In this document: in pieces, positions 63,193 through 64,000 of the stretch | Layout: every line of letters begins with the position of its first letter | Numbering within the stretch: position 1 is the first letter of the stretch | Assembly: GCA_013698095.1 (NCBI GenBank) | Contig: JACCVQ010000120.1 | Location: 2,350 to 66,349, forward strand | Length of the DNA stretch: 64,000 nt | Direction: 5' to 3' | From: Chloroflexota bacterium | Lineage (GTDB): Bacteria; Chloroflexota; Limnocylindria; Limnocylindrales; CSP1-4 | Made by a program: the position numbers and the translations under genes | Notes under the pieces: generated by a model | Told to the model about the DNA's origin: nothing | The model's input: only the letters and a program-made list of their open reading frames with translations | Database searches by the model: none

Positions 63193-64000
63193 GTGGATTT
63201 GACGCTCACGCCTGCCCAGCTCGATCTCCAGGCGCGGGCGCGCGCCTACGTCGTCGACCACCTCCAGCCGATCGAGCAGGAGTTCGAGCGGGCCGCTGGC
63301 CGGCTCCCCACTGCGGCCCGGGACGAGTTGAAGCGCGCGGCGATCGAGGCCGGCCTCCACGGTGGCTCGTTCCCGCCCGAGCTCGGTGGCCAGGGCTGGT
63401 CCGTCCTCGAGCAGGTCATCGTTCATGAGCAGCTCGGTCAGGCGACCGGTGGTCTGTGGTCATTCATCCCGGGCGCCTACAACGCGCTGATCCACGCCGA
63501 CCCCGACCAGCGCCGGCGCTACCTCGAGCCGAGCATGCGCGGTGAGCGATTCGGGAGCTACGCGATCACCGAGCCGAACGCCGGCTCGGACGCCCGCACC
63601 CTGAAGGCCACGGCGCGGCGCGATCCGGCGACCGGCGAGTACATCCTGAACGGCGAGAAGTGGTTCGTGACCGGGCCGCCTGACGAGACCGACTTCATGA
63701 TCTTCCACTGCCTCGTCCCGGGCGCCGACGACAGCGACAGCCAGCCTCTGCCGACCCTCTTCCTCGTCGACTACGACACGCCCGGCCTGACAATGAAGCA
63801 CGACCCCGACTACACCCACACATTCGCTGACCGTCACCCACAGTTCGTCCTGGCGGATGTCCGGGTTCCGTCATCGGCGATCCTCGGCGGACTCGGCCGG
63901 GCCGACGAGGTCACGAACGAGTGGTTCGTGGAGGAGCGGATCCACATCGGCGCCCGCTGCGCCGGGGCGATGGAGCGGCTCCTCACCCTGGCCGTCGAGT
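63193..64000 (+). CDS. acyl-CoA dehydrogenase, 3' truncated by the window end
   Basis: ACAD N-terminal and middle domain motifs (FGSYAITEPNAGSD). The open frame runs off the window. Confidence 0.75.
   Translation, partial: MDLTLTPAQLDLQARARAYVVDHLQPIEQEFERAAGRLPTAARDELKRAAIEAGLHGGSFPPELGGQGWSVLEQVIVHEQLGQATGGLWSFIPGAYNALIHADPDQRRRYLEPSMRGERFGSYAITEPNAGSDARTLKATARRDPATGEYILNGEKWFVTGPPDETDFMIFHCLVPGADDSDSQPLPTLFLVDYDTPGLTMKHDPDYTHTFADRHPQFVLADVRVPSSAILGGLGRADEVTNEWFVEERIHIGARCAGAMERLLTLAVE

Overview
This 64-kb window is about 70% GC and looks actinobacterial (F420-type LLM oxidoreductase, MarP-like CvpA-S1 protease, ECF sigma/anti-sigma pair). It is densely coding, with frequent ATGA/GTGA start/stop overlaps. 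Most of it is core metabolism: 2-oxoglutarate:ferredoxin oxidoreductase korAB flanked by CBS-domain genes; an FAS-II-like fabD-KAS-KAS cluster with a divergent MarR; a copper P1B-ATPase; ilvD; and a large branched-chain amino-acid block (leuCD, then ilvB-ilvN-ilvC-leuA-leuB-cimA), followed by pheA, mscL, a HerA-like ATPase, PPK2, an aldehyde dehydrogenase and a truncated acyl-CoA dehydrogenase. The clearly accessory part is an ~8.5-kb cyclic-nucleotide signalling island (14.3-22.8 kb). It holds a class III nucleotide cyclase fused to a STAND NTPase and TPR array, divergent from a crp-GAF-S8 peptidase operon, and a convergent pair made of an MFS transporter fused to a cNMP-binding domain plus a small internally repeated acidic protein. 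Other notable items are a CopA with an extra transmembrane segment and a C-terminal cupredoxin domain preceded by a perfect 17-bp palindrome over its start codon; a probable Leu/Val codon-rich leader and terminator attenuator upstream of ilvB; a frameshifted 4HBT thioesterase; two tandem translationally coupled small hydrophilic paralogs; and a degenerate ECF sigma fragment. I did not recognise any rRNA, tRNA, CRISPR array or transposase/integrase. The very long ORFs antisense to korA, copA, ilvB and the cyclase gene are treated as high-GC artefacts.
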